DNA of 64,000 nucleotides, from the NCBI GenBank assembly GCA_030324005.1, contig JARDVH010000001.1, forward strand, positions 140,804,662 through 140,868,661, in the 5' to 3' direction. Source of the DNA: Negaprion brevirostris. Lineage: Eukaryota. Below, piece by piece: positions 51,276-62,890 of this stretch. Every line of letters starts with the position of its first letter. Within the stretch, counting starts at the first letter, position 1. Position numbers and translations under genes: made by a program. The notes beneath the pieces are model-generated. The model was not told where the DNA came from. It made no database searches and saw nothing but the letters and a program-made list of their open reading frames with translations.

Positions 51276-52859
51276 AAGTAATGAACTTGTAGAAAGAGTT
51301 GTAAGTTAAATACAATATGTTCAGACTCGCTATGTTATGCAAAATTGTCATGAACCAATCTAATCATGATTCACAGCAGGGAGTTGGAAAGATTTTCTCA
51401 AGATATTAGCAGTAACTTAGTGTGTCTGGAATTGACTTCCTCTTAGATTAACTCTTTCATGATGTGCTCAAGTGAGAATGTTCCTTCAGGTCGAAGAGGT
51501 ACAAAAACCACTTAACGTCATCAGGCAACAATGTGAGTACTCAAGTAATAGCTTGCTAGACAGTTTAAAATATAACAGCTTCAATTAATTATTTCAGAGA
51601 GGACTAGACTAGTTGGCCAACTCTAGTTGCATAGTGGCCACAAGTTGTTTTTATTTGCTGAGATTATGTTACTATGGTACTGAAGTGAAAACTAAGTATA
51701 GTTAACCATCATGTCTTAAGATAGAGGGGCATGAAACCAGACATAGTTTATAATCACTCCAACACGTAAAGATACTCATGCAAGATTCTGTTTATAATCT
51801 GAGAAAAAGAACAGATTTACTTCCAAACACATCTGTTATAAATATTGTTCAAAGTTAATTGGAACCATACACCAATGGTTTTAACTGAACTTTTAAGTAG
51901 TCCCCATAATGTAGCACATTAGGGGAAAAAAGCTAATCTAAACATTGTGTTTTTAAATTCTTCATACAAAATCACTAATGCTGTGCAAAATGTACAGTTT
52001 TTAAGGGACTGCCTGCACCCCGGCAAGTTGACAATTCATATGTCGAAAAAATGCTAGTCAGCACAATTTTGCTTTTGATAATTTGTGGCATTATCTCCCA
52101 GGGAGATTGATTAGCTCTGGAATTACCAAAATTAGTCCAATACAGCATATGTGCTGCCAACGTTTGTGTGTGTGTGTCATTTTTATGGTGCTGTATAATG
52201 TTGTTGTTTAAAACAGACTCTGCAACTCCTGAATGCTCTGCTATATCTTTCCAAAAATGTAATGTGGGAATATACAGTAAATAAGATAGTTATGATCAGC
52301 TTCAGTTATAGGCATTCATGGTAATTTAAAGTTTTTATATATACCCAACAGTGAGAATGAGGTCACTACACGTAGGTAACTGTGTAGATTCATTCATTGC
52401 CAGATGTAATTTTAAGATTTTTGTTGGCCAGTTTCACTTGACCTTGTGAAGCCTGTCCCTATGTGCATAAGCACACATATGTTATTGTACCCATAATTGA
52501 ATCTGATGACAGCCATAATCACACTCCAACATATATGAGATTTGGTGCTATGTTGGATAAATGCAAAAATGAAGTCCAGTTAGAATTTCTGTTGATCCTA
52601 ATTTGATAAACATTCAAATTAAAGTTACTATGACACAGTTGGTCCTGCCAGAGGGAATGGCCAATTATAACATAATTTCTTTAGTTCCAGATTGGAATAA
52701 TTTGACGCCGTCATTTTAGAATCAATAATGAACCAATTATGACAAATCGCTGGCTTAGAAAACACAAAAGTCTAAATAATATAAATTGGCAATGGATCTA
52801 CTTCTTTTCATTTTTAACATTTCTTTTGATGGACAATCTGCTGGAATAAGTTTCATCAG

Positions 52860-54940
52860 ATATGTTCAAAAAGCAGAAGAGGGATAAACCTGACAACTAT
52901 AGGCCTGTTAATTTAACACTGGTAGTGGAACAACATTTAGAGATATTAAATCAGGACAAAATTGATTGACCTTTAATAAATAAAAGTCAGCCTAGATTTG
53001 ATTTAGGGAAACTAAGTTTGCCCTACTTGATTAAGTTTTTTGATGAATTAATGAAGACAGTTGATGAGGGTGCTGTGGTTTATGTTGTGCATTGGACTTT
53101 CAAAACGTGTTTCATAGAGCATGATAGACTTGCTAATATAATTGAAGTCCTTGGAACTAAAAGGGCAGTGGCTGCATGGATATCAAATTGGTTAAGGGTC
53201 AGAAAGCAAAGAGTAATGTTGAACAACTTTTCAATCTATGGGAAAGTCCAGAGTGGTGTTCCCTGGGGGTTGGTGTTTGACCACTGTTGATATATATTGA
53301 ATTTGGGTGTACAGGGCAGTATTTCAAAGTTCACAGATGACACAGAAGTTAAGAATCTAGTGAAGAGACTAAGTCAAATGGTAACAAGACTTCAGGAGAT
53401 ATAGCCTGGTGAAATGGGCTGACACTTGGCAGATTAAATTTAATGTTGAGAGATGTGAAGTGATTTATTTTGGTACTAAGAATGAGAAGAGGCACATGAT
53501 ACCATTGTAAAATGGGGGTGGGGAGCAATGCAAGAACAAGAGAACTGGGGTATACATTACAAAATTTTGAAGGTGGTAAGGCATATTGAGAAAGTTGTTT
53601 AAAAGGCAAATGGGATCCTTGGCTTTTTCAATAGCAGTATAGAAAATAGGAGCAAGGCAGTTATCCAAAACCTCTATAAAACATTTGTTAGATACCAAAT
53701 GGAGTATTGTGGGCAATTCTGAGCACCTCACTTAAGGATTACATGGCCCCAGAAAGGATGTAGAGAAGATTTATTGTATTGAAAGACTTGTGTGGCAAGA
53801 CTTGTGAAGCTGGTTGCTTCTCAATTCAGTAGAGGAGATCAAAAAGGAAATTTCGGAGAGGTGTTCAAAATCATAAGGATGGAGCAAATATGGAGAAACA
53901 TTTCCCAGTGGGAGGAGATTAGGTTAATTGGCAAAACCTCAGAGGTGGTTTAAGGCAATTTTTTTTTGCACTATATGAGAGATGTGGGAGTGATTCTAGT
54001 GCAGCGGGCGAGAGAATCGCATGATAGCCGATTCATGAGTTTCCCGCGGGCATTCACATCGCATTTGCGTCACACAGGCTCAGTTTTGAAATCGACTGGG
54101 GGAACGGGACTAGTATTTAAATAATATTTAACATACTACTTAAATGCTATTAATGGACCTGAGACTGAATTCTCCAGGCCCGCTAGCATCTCCCACCCCG
54201 CCAAAGTGTTTCGCTTCACCAGGGATTGCAGTAGCTCTCCACTTTTGAGGAGCTAGCAGCCTAACCCTGCTGGAGTGAATGGGGGGCAATTGGGGCCCCG
54301 GCAGTGGGGGTGGGTAGGGGAGATCATCACTGCTGGGGGGTGGCATGCTGGAGATCGGGTCAGAGATTGTTGGGGCTGGCGCACGAATGGATGGGGCTGT
54401 GGACGGGGNNNNNNNNNNNNNNNNNNNNNNNNNNNNNNNNNNNNNNNNNNNNNNNNNNNNNNNNNNNNNNNNNNNNNNNNNNNNNNNNNNNNNNNNNNNN
54501 NNNNNNNNTGGCTGGGGCTGTGGACGGGGTGGGGGCAGCAATGACGGGGTCCTGGGATGCCCAGTGATTGAGCTGGCCAGAAAACTAGAGGCTGACACTT
54601 CAGCGCCACTGCACACGCGTAGAGGTCCATTGATTTCAGTCTCTCCAGCCAGAATAGCCCCACCCCCTGAAATGTAATGTTATTCATGTTGGTGACCTCT
54701 GCATTGCACAGAGTGTGGGGGATTCTAGTCTGAACTCTCAAAAAAAACAGCATGAATTACTGCAGTTTTCCCGCGAATTTAATACTTCGAATTTTTTTGT
54801 GAAAATTGCCCCGTGAAAGTTGATTGTGAAAAAGAATTCAACAAATATAAAAAATTGCCATGAGGAAAGAACAGGTGATTGGGAAAATTAGTAAGTCTTT
54901 CAAAGAATGGGCTCCCCTTGTGTTGTTATTCTATTCTTAG
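52860..54940 (+). mobile_element. Decayed CR1 LINE (RT to tail), interrupted by the element at 53984-54812
   Basis: Remnants DKPDNYRPVNLT, LIKFFDELMKTVDEG, WISNWLRVRKQRV, SGVPWGLV and ISKFTDDT. The tail resumes at ~54815-54940 (gaatgggctccccttgtgttgttattctattct). Confidence 0.8.
53984..54812. mobile_element. GC-rich non-autonomous DNA-transposon-like element nested in CR1
   Basis: Abrupt rise in GC and CpG. Termini gggagtgattct and gaaaattgcccc. An internal ggggctgtggacgggg repeat flanks a 100-N gap. CR1 sequence continues on both sides. Confidence 0.55.
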
Positions 54941-55521
54941 AAGAAATAATGAACTCTGGACAACTCTACAGTAGCTAACATTGGTTAACCGATTTGCCTC
55001 AGTGAAGTCTTAATGGGGTAGACGGTTGCCTGAGTCTGTTTTCAGGCCTAGTCTCAGTGCTGCTCGACCAAAGTCCACATGTTCTGCAAAACCCAAGGAA
55101 AGCGGGTTCAAAGCTCAACAACACACTCGAGATGAACTGCTGGAACTGCTCATGCCCATAGGCATCTCAGTTAAATCTACGTGGGCCACTTGCTGTAATC
55201 CTCAGCTGTGTGCCAGAATGGGGGTTTTGGAGCAAGTCGTGGGAGAAGGGGCATCAACAGAACACCTATTCCTCCAGATTCGTGAACATTTTAAAAAATT
55301 TCACCAACATGTCACTTGTGATCACAGGCTGGTAGATTTTTTGATGGTGTGATGACTCTATTTTACATACTGAAGGAGTCTTTCAGAATCTAGGTTGAAG
55401 GATTAAAAAACATGATGCCACAGATATAGCTGATGCCTATTCTGATAGGGAGCAGTCAGCCCAAGAGGCAAGCTGCACTTGATTTCTGCCTGAAGCAGGT
55501 GCAAACCATTCTCAATCTCAT

Positions 55522-55871
55522 GGGAGGCGAAAGCCTAGTGATATTATTGCTAGACTATTAATCCAGAAACTCAGGTAATGTTCTGGAACCCGGGTTCGAA
55601 CCCAACATGGCAGGTGATAGAATTTGAATTCAATAAAAAATATCTGGAATTAAGAATCTGATGACCATGAAAACCATTGTTGATTGTTGGAAAAATCCAT
55701 CTGGATCACTAATGTTCTTTAGGGAAGGAAATCTGCCTTCCTTACCTAGCCTGACCTATATGTGGTTCCGCAGCCACAGATTCTCAACTGCCCTCCAAGG
55801 GTAATTCATGATGGGCAATAAATACTGGCCAGCCAGCGATGCCTATGACCTACAAATGAATTAAAAAAAAA
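55522..55871 (+). mobile_element. Full-length tRNA-derived SINE with a Meta-domain-like centre and the CR1-group tail of 2335-2530
   Basis: A-box-like gcctagtgatatt; B-box gggttcgaaccc; centre ctggatcactaatgttctttagggaaggaaatctgccttccttacc; tail gatgggcaataaatactggccagccagcgatgcc...aatgaattaaaaaaaaa. Confidence 0.8.
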
Positions 55872-56629
55872 TCCTATCCCAGTGACATTCATCATCTTGA
55901 TCACTATGCGTCATGCCTACATTCATAATTTTAAGGACTGCAAATATTTATACCAATGCATCTACTTCACAAAACAATGTTTTTATTTTGAAACCCATCA
56001 GTGGATAAGTTGTATAGACAACTCTGGTCCAATGTGATCTTTAGTAGCAAGGACACAAGTAGCAACCCAAATATAGTTGTAAACCAGGCTGTCCTGGGCC
56101 TGCACCCACTGATTATCAGGGTTACCAGGGGAGCAGAATATGGAACTGAATAATACGTTTGCTGCTTCATAGGGCATATAATGGGGTGTGTTGATGTTAG
56201 GCCCATTTCTGATGTAACCATGCTGGTTTCTGATAATATGGTCAAAGAGTTGGGAACCCGCCTGGGTCATTTAAATTTCAATTGACAAACCAATTAAGGT
56301 CATTAACAACCCAACCCATGACTATAATACATGCAGAAGGTAACAATACACCTTTAAGATCAAATTCAATACAGGTGGGAAATCTGTTTATCCATGGGCA
56401 AGATTGCCTGGGCAGGTTTTAAAACTGCAGCTGAGGGTAGTCTCAGCTTTGCAGCGCAAACTCTACCAACTGCAGGGACTGCTCATGTGAATGAGCAGTG
56501 AAACCATTTGGAGACATTTTCATTCAGAAAATTCTCCTCTGATTGGTGAGATCCATTTTGATTGAATATTTTTCTGTCCATTACCCAGGGGTAGATGCTA
56601 TCTGAGACACTTAAGGATTGTGGTCTCAG

Positions 56630-57765
56630 TTGGAGAGACAACTTCCAATGAGGAGGAGAGAGGAATTAAGAGGAGGTTGAGGAGGAGAAAGGTGAGAGCA
56701 AGAAGGAAACACAAGGGAGGATCAGGATGTTTTGGTTCTTTAGGAAGGGGACAAAGCAGCACCAGGGTCAAAAGGTCTCCCCTCTTCATGCAGAATAAAA
56801 CATAGAACATTACAGCGCAGTACAGGCCCTTCGGCCCTCGATGTTGCGCCGACCAATGGAACCAATCTAATGACCNNNNNNNNNNNNNNNNNNNNNNNNN
56901 NNNNNNNNNNNNNNNNNNNNNNNNNNNNNNNNNNNNNNNNNNNNNNNNNNNNNNNNNNNNNNNNNNNNNNNNNNNGGTTCCCTCGCTCGACCACTTCCTC
57001 CCTGCCTGACAGGTACATATTTATCAAGGACTCGCAGTAGCTGCTCCTTGAATAAGCTCCACATTTCAGATGTTCCCAGCCCCTGCAATTTCCTACTCGA
57101 CCCTATATCCAAAGCCAGTTTGGATAGCCCCAAAGCAACAGGTTTCTGCAGGGTTGAGGGAACCATTGATTGCACACATCTATTAAGGCTCCTGTGGGAC
57201 AGCCATGTAGCTTCATAAGCAGAAAGGGCAGCCATTGCACCCATGTACAGTTGGTGAGCGAGCATTAAGGGTGGGTCATGCAGGTGTATGCCAGGTATCC
57301 AGGCAGCAGTCACAATGTACGCATTCTTAGGAATTCACAGATTACAGACCTTTACCTGCCCGGATAACTTGTGGGGATGGCTACAAAGTGATAAAGGAAA
57401 TACACTCAAAAGATGGCTCATGCCACCTCTGAGGTGCCAAGATCTGAAGGAGAGAGGAGGTACAATGATAGCCCTGCCAGCACCAGTACCATAGTGCAGC
57501 AAACCATCACTCTCTGAGACATGCACTTCTGACGCCTGGATAGGTTTTGAGGTGCATTACAATTCTCCCCCTCAGTATGTCCCTGATGGCTGTGGTTTGC
57601 TGTGTAGTCGATGACATTGTCATTCTAAGAGGAGTTGCCCTGGAGGAAGATGACAGGCCAGTCCTGAGGACAGTGGAGATGAGGGACAATAGTGATACTC
57701 CTGAAGATGGCCCTAGCCATGATCGAATAGATGGCTGTGCCACCAGGAATGCTTTCATACAATAA
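56630..57765 (+). pseudogene. PIF/Harbinger (HARBI1-like) DDE transposase pseudogene, interrupted by a CR1 insertion
   Basis: Across frameshifts from 57135: ATGFCRVEGTIDCTH / IKAPVGQPCSFISRKGSHCTHVQLVSEH*GWVMQVYARYPGSSHNVRILRNS / GWLQSDKGNTLKRWLMPPLR / ERRYNDSPASTSTIVQQTITL*DMHF*RLDR..GALQFSP / VVCCVVDDI. This is collinear with the Harbinger motifs GAIDCTH, NRKG.HS.NVQ, PGS.HD, LLGDKGYP..WLMTP, YN..H..TR..IE..IG.LK.RF and CC.LHN. The 5' boundary is uncertain. Confidence 0.85.
56792..57113 (-). mobile_element. Young CR1 LINE inserted in the Harbinger transposase; the middle is hidden by a 100-N gap
   Basis: Tail catagaacattacagcgcagtacaggcccttcggccctcgatgttgcgccgacc has CpGs intact. Beyond the gap the minus strand encodes RKLQGLGTSEMWSLFKEQLLRVLDKYVPVRQGGSGRARE, the CR1 ORF2 linker region. 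Confidence 0.85.
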
Positions 57766-59719
57766 ATGTTTCTATAGTGCAACTTACCACTGCTACAGAA
57801 GGAGTTTGGTGACCTGTTGCCCTCATTTGTAATGAGAGAACCCTTTAGCCTTCATATCTAAACATCCTCCTTTACCCCACACAAGAATACAATTCCATCT
57901 CCCCTCTCTCACCATCCGATTTTTTTTTTGTTCCCCTCAACTTTCAGACACAAGTCATACAGCCGCAGTAAATCAATAAGAACATCAGCAGGAGAAAATC
58001 TGAGTTTTGTGTTTATCCTTGAGCTTCAAAGGCATAACAACATCAGTAAATAATAAGCTCATCCATGGGCCCCTGTTTATGACTTATGTAGATATTCATT
58101 ACCATGTTTGAGTGCTCCATTGTAGTGCTCCCCCCTTGTGGCAGCACTGGAGAAAAGCGTCTAATTTGCCACCTTCCTTGGCCTGGATGATTTCGGTTGG
58201 CATGTTCTGTGCAGCTGTGGCCTTGAGCAATTGGAGAATCTTGCTGAGACACACGAGTCATTAGTTGCTGCTGGAGACATTGCTTGAGACCTGTGCAATG
58301 GCTGCTGGATGGAGGAGATACTGCCTCCCATCAGAGATGCCACAAGAGGAACTTCCTGGTGGACGCAATTGCTGTTCACCTCCTGCTGCTAGGACCAGTT
58401 GGTCTTCTGTGCCAACTGGTGAGGTCCCTAGAGGTTGTTGGATGACCAAGCTCCAAGTTGTGTCGCCCTTGTTCTGGGCTCAGTGCCAGGACAATGGTGC
58501 GAAGGCAATACACTTGGTTTGCCCTTCCAGGGTAATCGCCAGTCTGTTCTTGGTGGAAGCTTGATGCTCCAGAGAGTGGGTGACTGCAGTGCACATGCTC
58601 TGGCTGGATCGCTCCACACTGTGTGCCAGAGCAGGCACCCCCTCTAGTATACCCACCAGATGTACACGGACCTTGTGCTGAACATCCTACCACCTGGTGG
58701 CTGATTCCACAGGCTGATCATCTGACTTGGAATCAGTCTTTGGATCACCTCGTTACTCCTCTGACTGCCTGAGGCCTGCTCCACCACACAATCTGACAGG
58801 TGCACATGCAAATGTGAAGCATCCCTTGTCCTGAATGTTGAACCCTGCTGAAGCGCCAGCATCGGTGAAGCTGCTGGGTGCAGAGAGAGGATGTGACGCT
58901 GCACCCTCTGAGGGTTCCTCCTCAGAGGAGGAGCAAAGTTGCTGGATGGCCTCTGGACAGCTTGCAGGGAAGAGGCTGTCCCTGTGACAGAGAGAAATCA
59001 GTGAGGGGGTTTCTGGTATCAATTGACACATCTGTCCTATCACACAACACACAAACTTTCAGAGTCTGACATAAGTGAATGAACTCCACACACACAATGA
59101 ATCTTTGAACAATGATCTGAAGTTTCTGATCATGAAGCTTGTCAAAGTTACAACGTGTTAATTCTGTTCACCATAATGCATAATTCCTAATCTCCAATAA
59201 AGCCCCACTGGCTTTCCCCTCCTACTAGTAAATCTGAAACTTCAGCCATCTCACCAAAACCAGGCCTTGCTTCCGTCTCGGCCCTGCTTATAGTAATAGA
59301 CGAGTCAAGCTGCAGGAGGTCCAGCATTTGCTCCTCATTCTGAGTCAGGACTTCCAGATTGAGTAGACCCAGACTGCACAGAGTCTCTTGAGGGCTTCAT
59401 GAGTTTATTTCTCCTGAAAATATTTGACAAGAAATTTCATCAAAATTTTGAAACTATCATATTAGGCACCTTAAAAACCCATTATCAGATCAAGATGTAT
59501 CAACCTGAACCTATGCTCATGTGTCATAAGATGATCCAACCAAACACCAGCATAAAACCACACCATGGCTTGAAATGCACAAAGGCCTGGTCGAGGGCCG
59601 TTGTGTCCTTGTGGAACCATGCAGTTTTTGATGAACGGTTAACCATAACTACCTCCTGCATTTCCTAATGAGACCTATGTCACACTGGACCCAGATTGCT
59701 CATACTGATGCCATACTCA

Positions 59720-59975
59720 GCCTGGCTGACCTCGCAAGTTAATGAGCCTTTTGTAGCCTATTGAGCTATTGGGACCAAATCTTCCTTAACCCGTCAACAC
59801 CATTCATCCCTTTGGCCATCTCCTCTTACAAGCGCAAGTCTGCCTGGGCTTCATTCTCTTCCCTGTGCTTGGCATGAACTGGTCATGTCAATCATGTACT
59901 GTACGCAGGAGGGCATCAAGGATGACCTCACTATATCTAGTGCTAACTTTGCTGTTTCTAGAACATCCCTCCCCT
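59720..59975 (-). pseudogene. Myb/SANT-like DNA-binding ORF remnant (Harbinger accessory gene); probably extends down to ~58040
   Basis: Minus strand KVSTRYSEVILDALLRTVHD*HDQFMPSTGKRMKPRQT / EEMAKGMNGVDGLRKIWSQ resembles RFS..ELEALL..V..R...LF......WEEVA..VNA....RTW.QC. It is convergent with the transposase. The GC-richer, coding-like stretch at 58040-59000 is the likely C-terminal part. Confidence 0.6.
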
Positions 59976-62520
59976 TGCTCTGATGATGAATGGAAATATA
60001 TAATAAATGTACAACTCCTCCTCAATACCAAAAGATGGGAAACTTCTTTTTTTTTTAAAAAAATAGTGCCACCTATGAAGGTCGACAGGTTGGCAGAGAT
60101 TAGCTAAAATTTAATTGGACTTACCTGGCCAAGTTCACAAATCTTCACTATATATAGCATGTGAACTCAATTGACTGGCCACCTGATACTGTCCCATGCC
60201 AGCAGACCCTTTGAACTGCTGGCCGTGACCTTATTCTGGGTCTTGGCCTGCAGCTTCCGAAACTGGGCATTCCATCCTCCGTTACTCATTGAGTGGGATG
60301 ACAATCCGTTATCCGCCCTTGCCGCTAATTGGTGGCAGTTTGCACATCATCAGACACGCACCAACCACGGATCTGTAAGTTGGAATGCTGACACTTTTGG
60401 ATACGGAACCCACTATCAGCGCGCAAGCATGTTATTCAGCCAGTGGCAGTGGGGTATTCTGGTCTGCAGATCTATGGAAGAGCTGTCTCCTAATAACAGA
60501 TGCTGGTATCATTGCTGCTAATGGAGAGGCCACATGGCGATACTTTAGTTGCCACATTACCAGAACACTTGGGCGAAGCATATAAATAGGTTGTGGGTGT
60601 TTTCGATCCAGCACAGGCTCTGAGTCAGTTAAGATTTTCCCCAGTGTTGAACAGTCTGGGTTCCTACACGAATAATGGTCACTTGGGTCAGCTGCTGGTT
60701 TCATATTTCAGCCAAAGGCATCTTCAAGAAAGGAGAAAAAAAGAAAAGGCATTAGTAAAAAGACTGTTGTGGAATGAGAGTAATAAAAATACCATAATAT
60801 TGCCCTTTATCTGTGTTGATACTGATCTGAAACCTGAACAGACAGCAGTGGGAGAATTTTCTGTTTAGTAATGGTTTACGTAAGTGTCTGCTCAGACATC
60901 AACAAACTTGAATCCAAAGGCAAACAGAATGAAGTCTGGTAAACAATCACAACACTGAGAAACCCAAGCTCAGATTGGAAGTGTAGCTTTGAACAAGAAA
61001 GTGATCATTCCAACAACTAAAGTTACACAATTAGCGTAGTGCCCAGGGTACCTCTGCTCAGAGTAGTTGAAACAGTCACCGGAAGCATTGAAAAAAAGGC
61101 ATCCATTCCTTTGGATGTATGTACTCTTGTAATAATCTCTAAACCAAATGATCAGCAGGCGTCTTTGTTCTCCAGAGTTTAGGAAGAACTGTGAGCCATG
61201 CTGACTGTGTGCATTCAGTTAGTCAACTTAAAGACATTGGCATAGTTTTTCCGATTGGCAGTTGCATTTGAACAGATTTAATATATTTTGAGGCCAGGCT
61301 ATTGCCAGATTGATTTTTCCAGCAACTGTGTCCAGTGGTAATGGTTACCACACGAATCATTAAAATTTAATTAAACCAGTAAGTATGTGGAACAAAATGT
61401 TCCAAATTCCAACTTTCAAACTCAAATTTCAATTTTAAGCAACCAATCTGGACTTGACAGTACTAGGGTCAGAGGGTTATAGAATTCTATTCAGATGCAT
61501 TTTCCAAGGTGCCAACTGCACAATAAATCTGCAGTTACCTCTAAATTGCCCCTTAATTGCCACAAAGTGTAATGCTCAGGCCATAGTCACCTCTCTCTAT
61601 TTTAATTCTTTCGTCTTCATAATAGTTAACAGGTGAGAAAGATTTCCATGTGCAGCTGTTCATAGAAAGGTCCAGAGTTATTTTGAGGTAGCACAGTTGT
61701 GGTACTTTTCTCTCCCTCACTCTTTCGTTTGCTAATGATAATTAAAATGTCAGCACAAGTACAAAGAGAGGAAACTTTATACTCACAAACTTAAGCGCTG
61801 GTATTAACAAATAAAAAATGCATTATATAAAGTTTAATATGCTATACACAAACATTCTCAATTAAAATTCCTAGAGCCTAATTGATTGCTGTGGAGCTGC
61901 ATCATGTTACACAGATCGTGCTGGGAAAAGATGTAAAGGATTGGCAGAGTAAATTTTTATTTAAAGGAAAGAATCATGATAATGTTGTTATTATTAAAGC
62001 AGAAATAAAGCATTCAAAAGTTGATTCATCCTAAAATGATGTAAATATTCAACGGCCAACAAAATTAGACATTCCAGTAACTATTAGGGAAGCAGTTTGG
62101 AATTGCTTCTATAGCCGTCATTTAAATATTTCAGAGCTGAAGCAATACATATTCCAATAATTAGAAAATATTTGCAGCATGAAAAGTTAATTTTCAATTT
62201 CTTTCATGTATGCGGTTTGATACTCTTAACCTGTGTTGAAGCCATATCATTTGACTCAAGATTTGTACGTCAGCAGCTAGAATAATTCTTATTTTAGAGG
62301 AGTGACACTGTTTTGTGTAAAAGCTATTCCTTTGACTAGTTTCCAGGACTATTCTAAGTTGAAATTATACGTCACACTTCAGAAATTGCCTGTGACTTTG
62401 GCTTTTCTTTCTGATGTATTAAAATGTCTGGAGAAAGTATAATAATATAATTACAAATACCTGACTGGTTTTGTTGATGTATTCTTCCTCTCTGTCTCCG
62501 CTCTTCCTCTCTCTCTGCAG

Positions 62521-62701
62521 GATCTCCAGTTCTTACTGGCACAGGCACCATCACCTTGATTGTCGATGACATCAATGACAATATTCCGACATTTGCTTTC
62601 AAAACCTACCATGCCACTATCCCTGAAGATGTATTGACAGGGACTGATGTCTTGCTTGTAAACGCCACTGATGTTGATGAAGGTTCAAATGCAGTCATTA
62701 G
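62521..62701 (+). CDS. FAT4: FAT4 internal coding exon E, 181 nt, phase 1 to 2 (not in the ORF track)
   Basis: Long polypyrimidine tract ending ctctctctgcAG at 62519-62520; donor AG|GTaaag at 62702. Translates (G)SPVLTGTGTITLIVDDINDNIPTFAFKTYHATIPEDVLTGTDVLLVNATDVDEGSNAVI. It completes the cadherin ATDAG-SP..TGT motif begun in exon D. Confidence 0.95.
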
Positions 62702-62890
62702 GTAAAGGCATTTTGTTTGATGCATATTTTCTGCATTTAATGGCACAGCATATCCAAGAGTAACCCTTTGATGTACCTTGAGGTTTATTTAGCACAATGG
62801 CCAAGAAATTGAATTGTACCACCCTGTTTGTGAGGCACGAAACTACTGCTTAAAGGTCCAATGTGGTGGTCGGTTTGCATATATGCACCC

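Larger units (their letters stand above)
18767..62520 (+). other. FAT4: Large GT-AG intron of FAT4 (43,754 nt as assembled, contains many gaps)
   Basis: Bounded by the exon D donor and the exon E acceptor. The protein sequence is continuous across it, so no cadherin exon is missing between them. Confidence 0.9.

Noticed and set aside
56620-56805. Arg/Lys-rich 61-aa ORF resembling a protamine or nuclear-localisation peptide
   Set aside because: It is purine-rich low-complexity sequence at the presumed 5' part of the Harbinger transposase remnant, with no independent gene structure.
57135-57765. Domesticated HARBI1 gene
   Set aside because: Multiple stops and frameshifts, a substituted catalytic residue and a LINE insertion show it is a dead transposon copy.
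18767-62520. A nested host gene or additional FAT4 exon in the large intron
   Set aside because: Exons D and E join seamlessly in frame and in motif. I saw no other cadherin motifs or non-transposon protein similarity, although sequence in gaps cannot be assessed.
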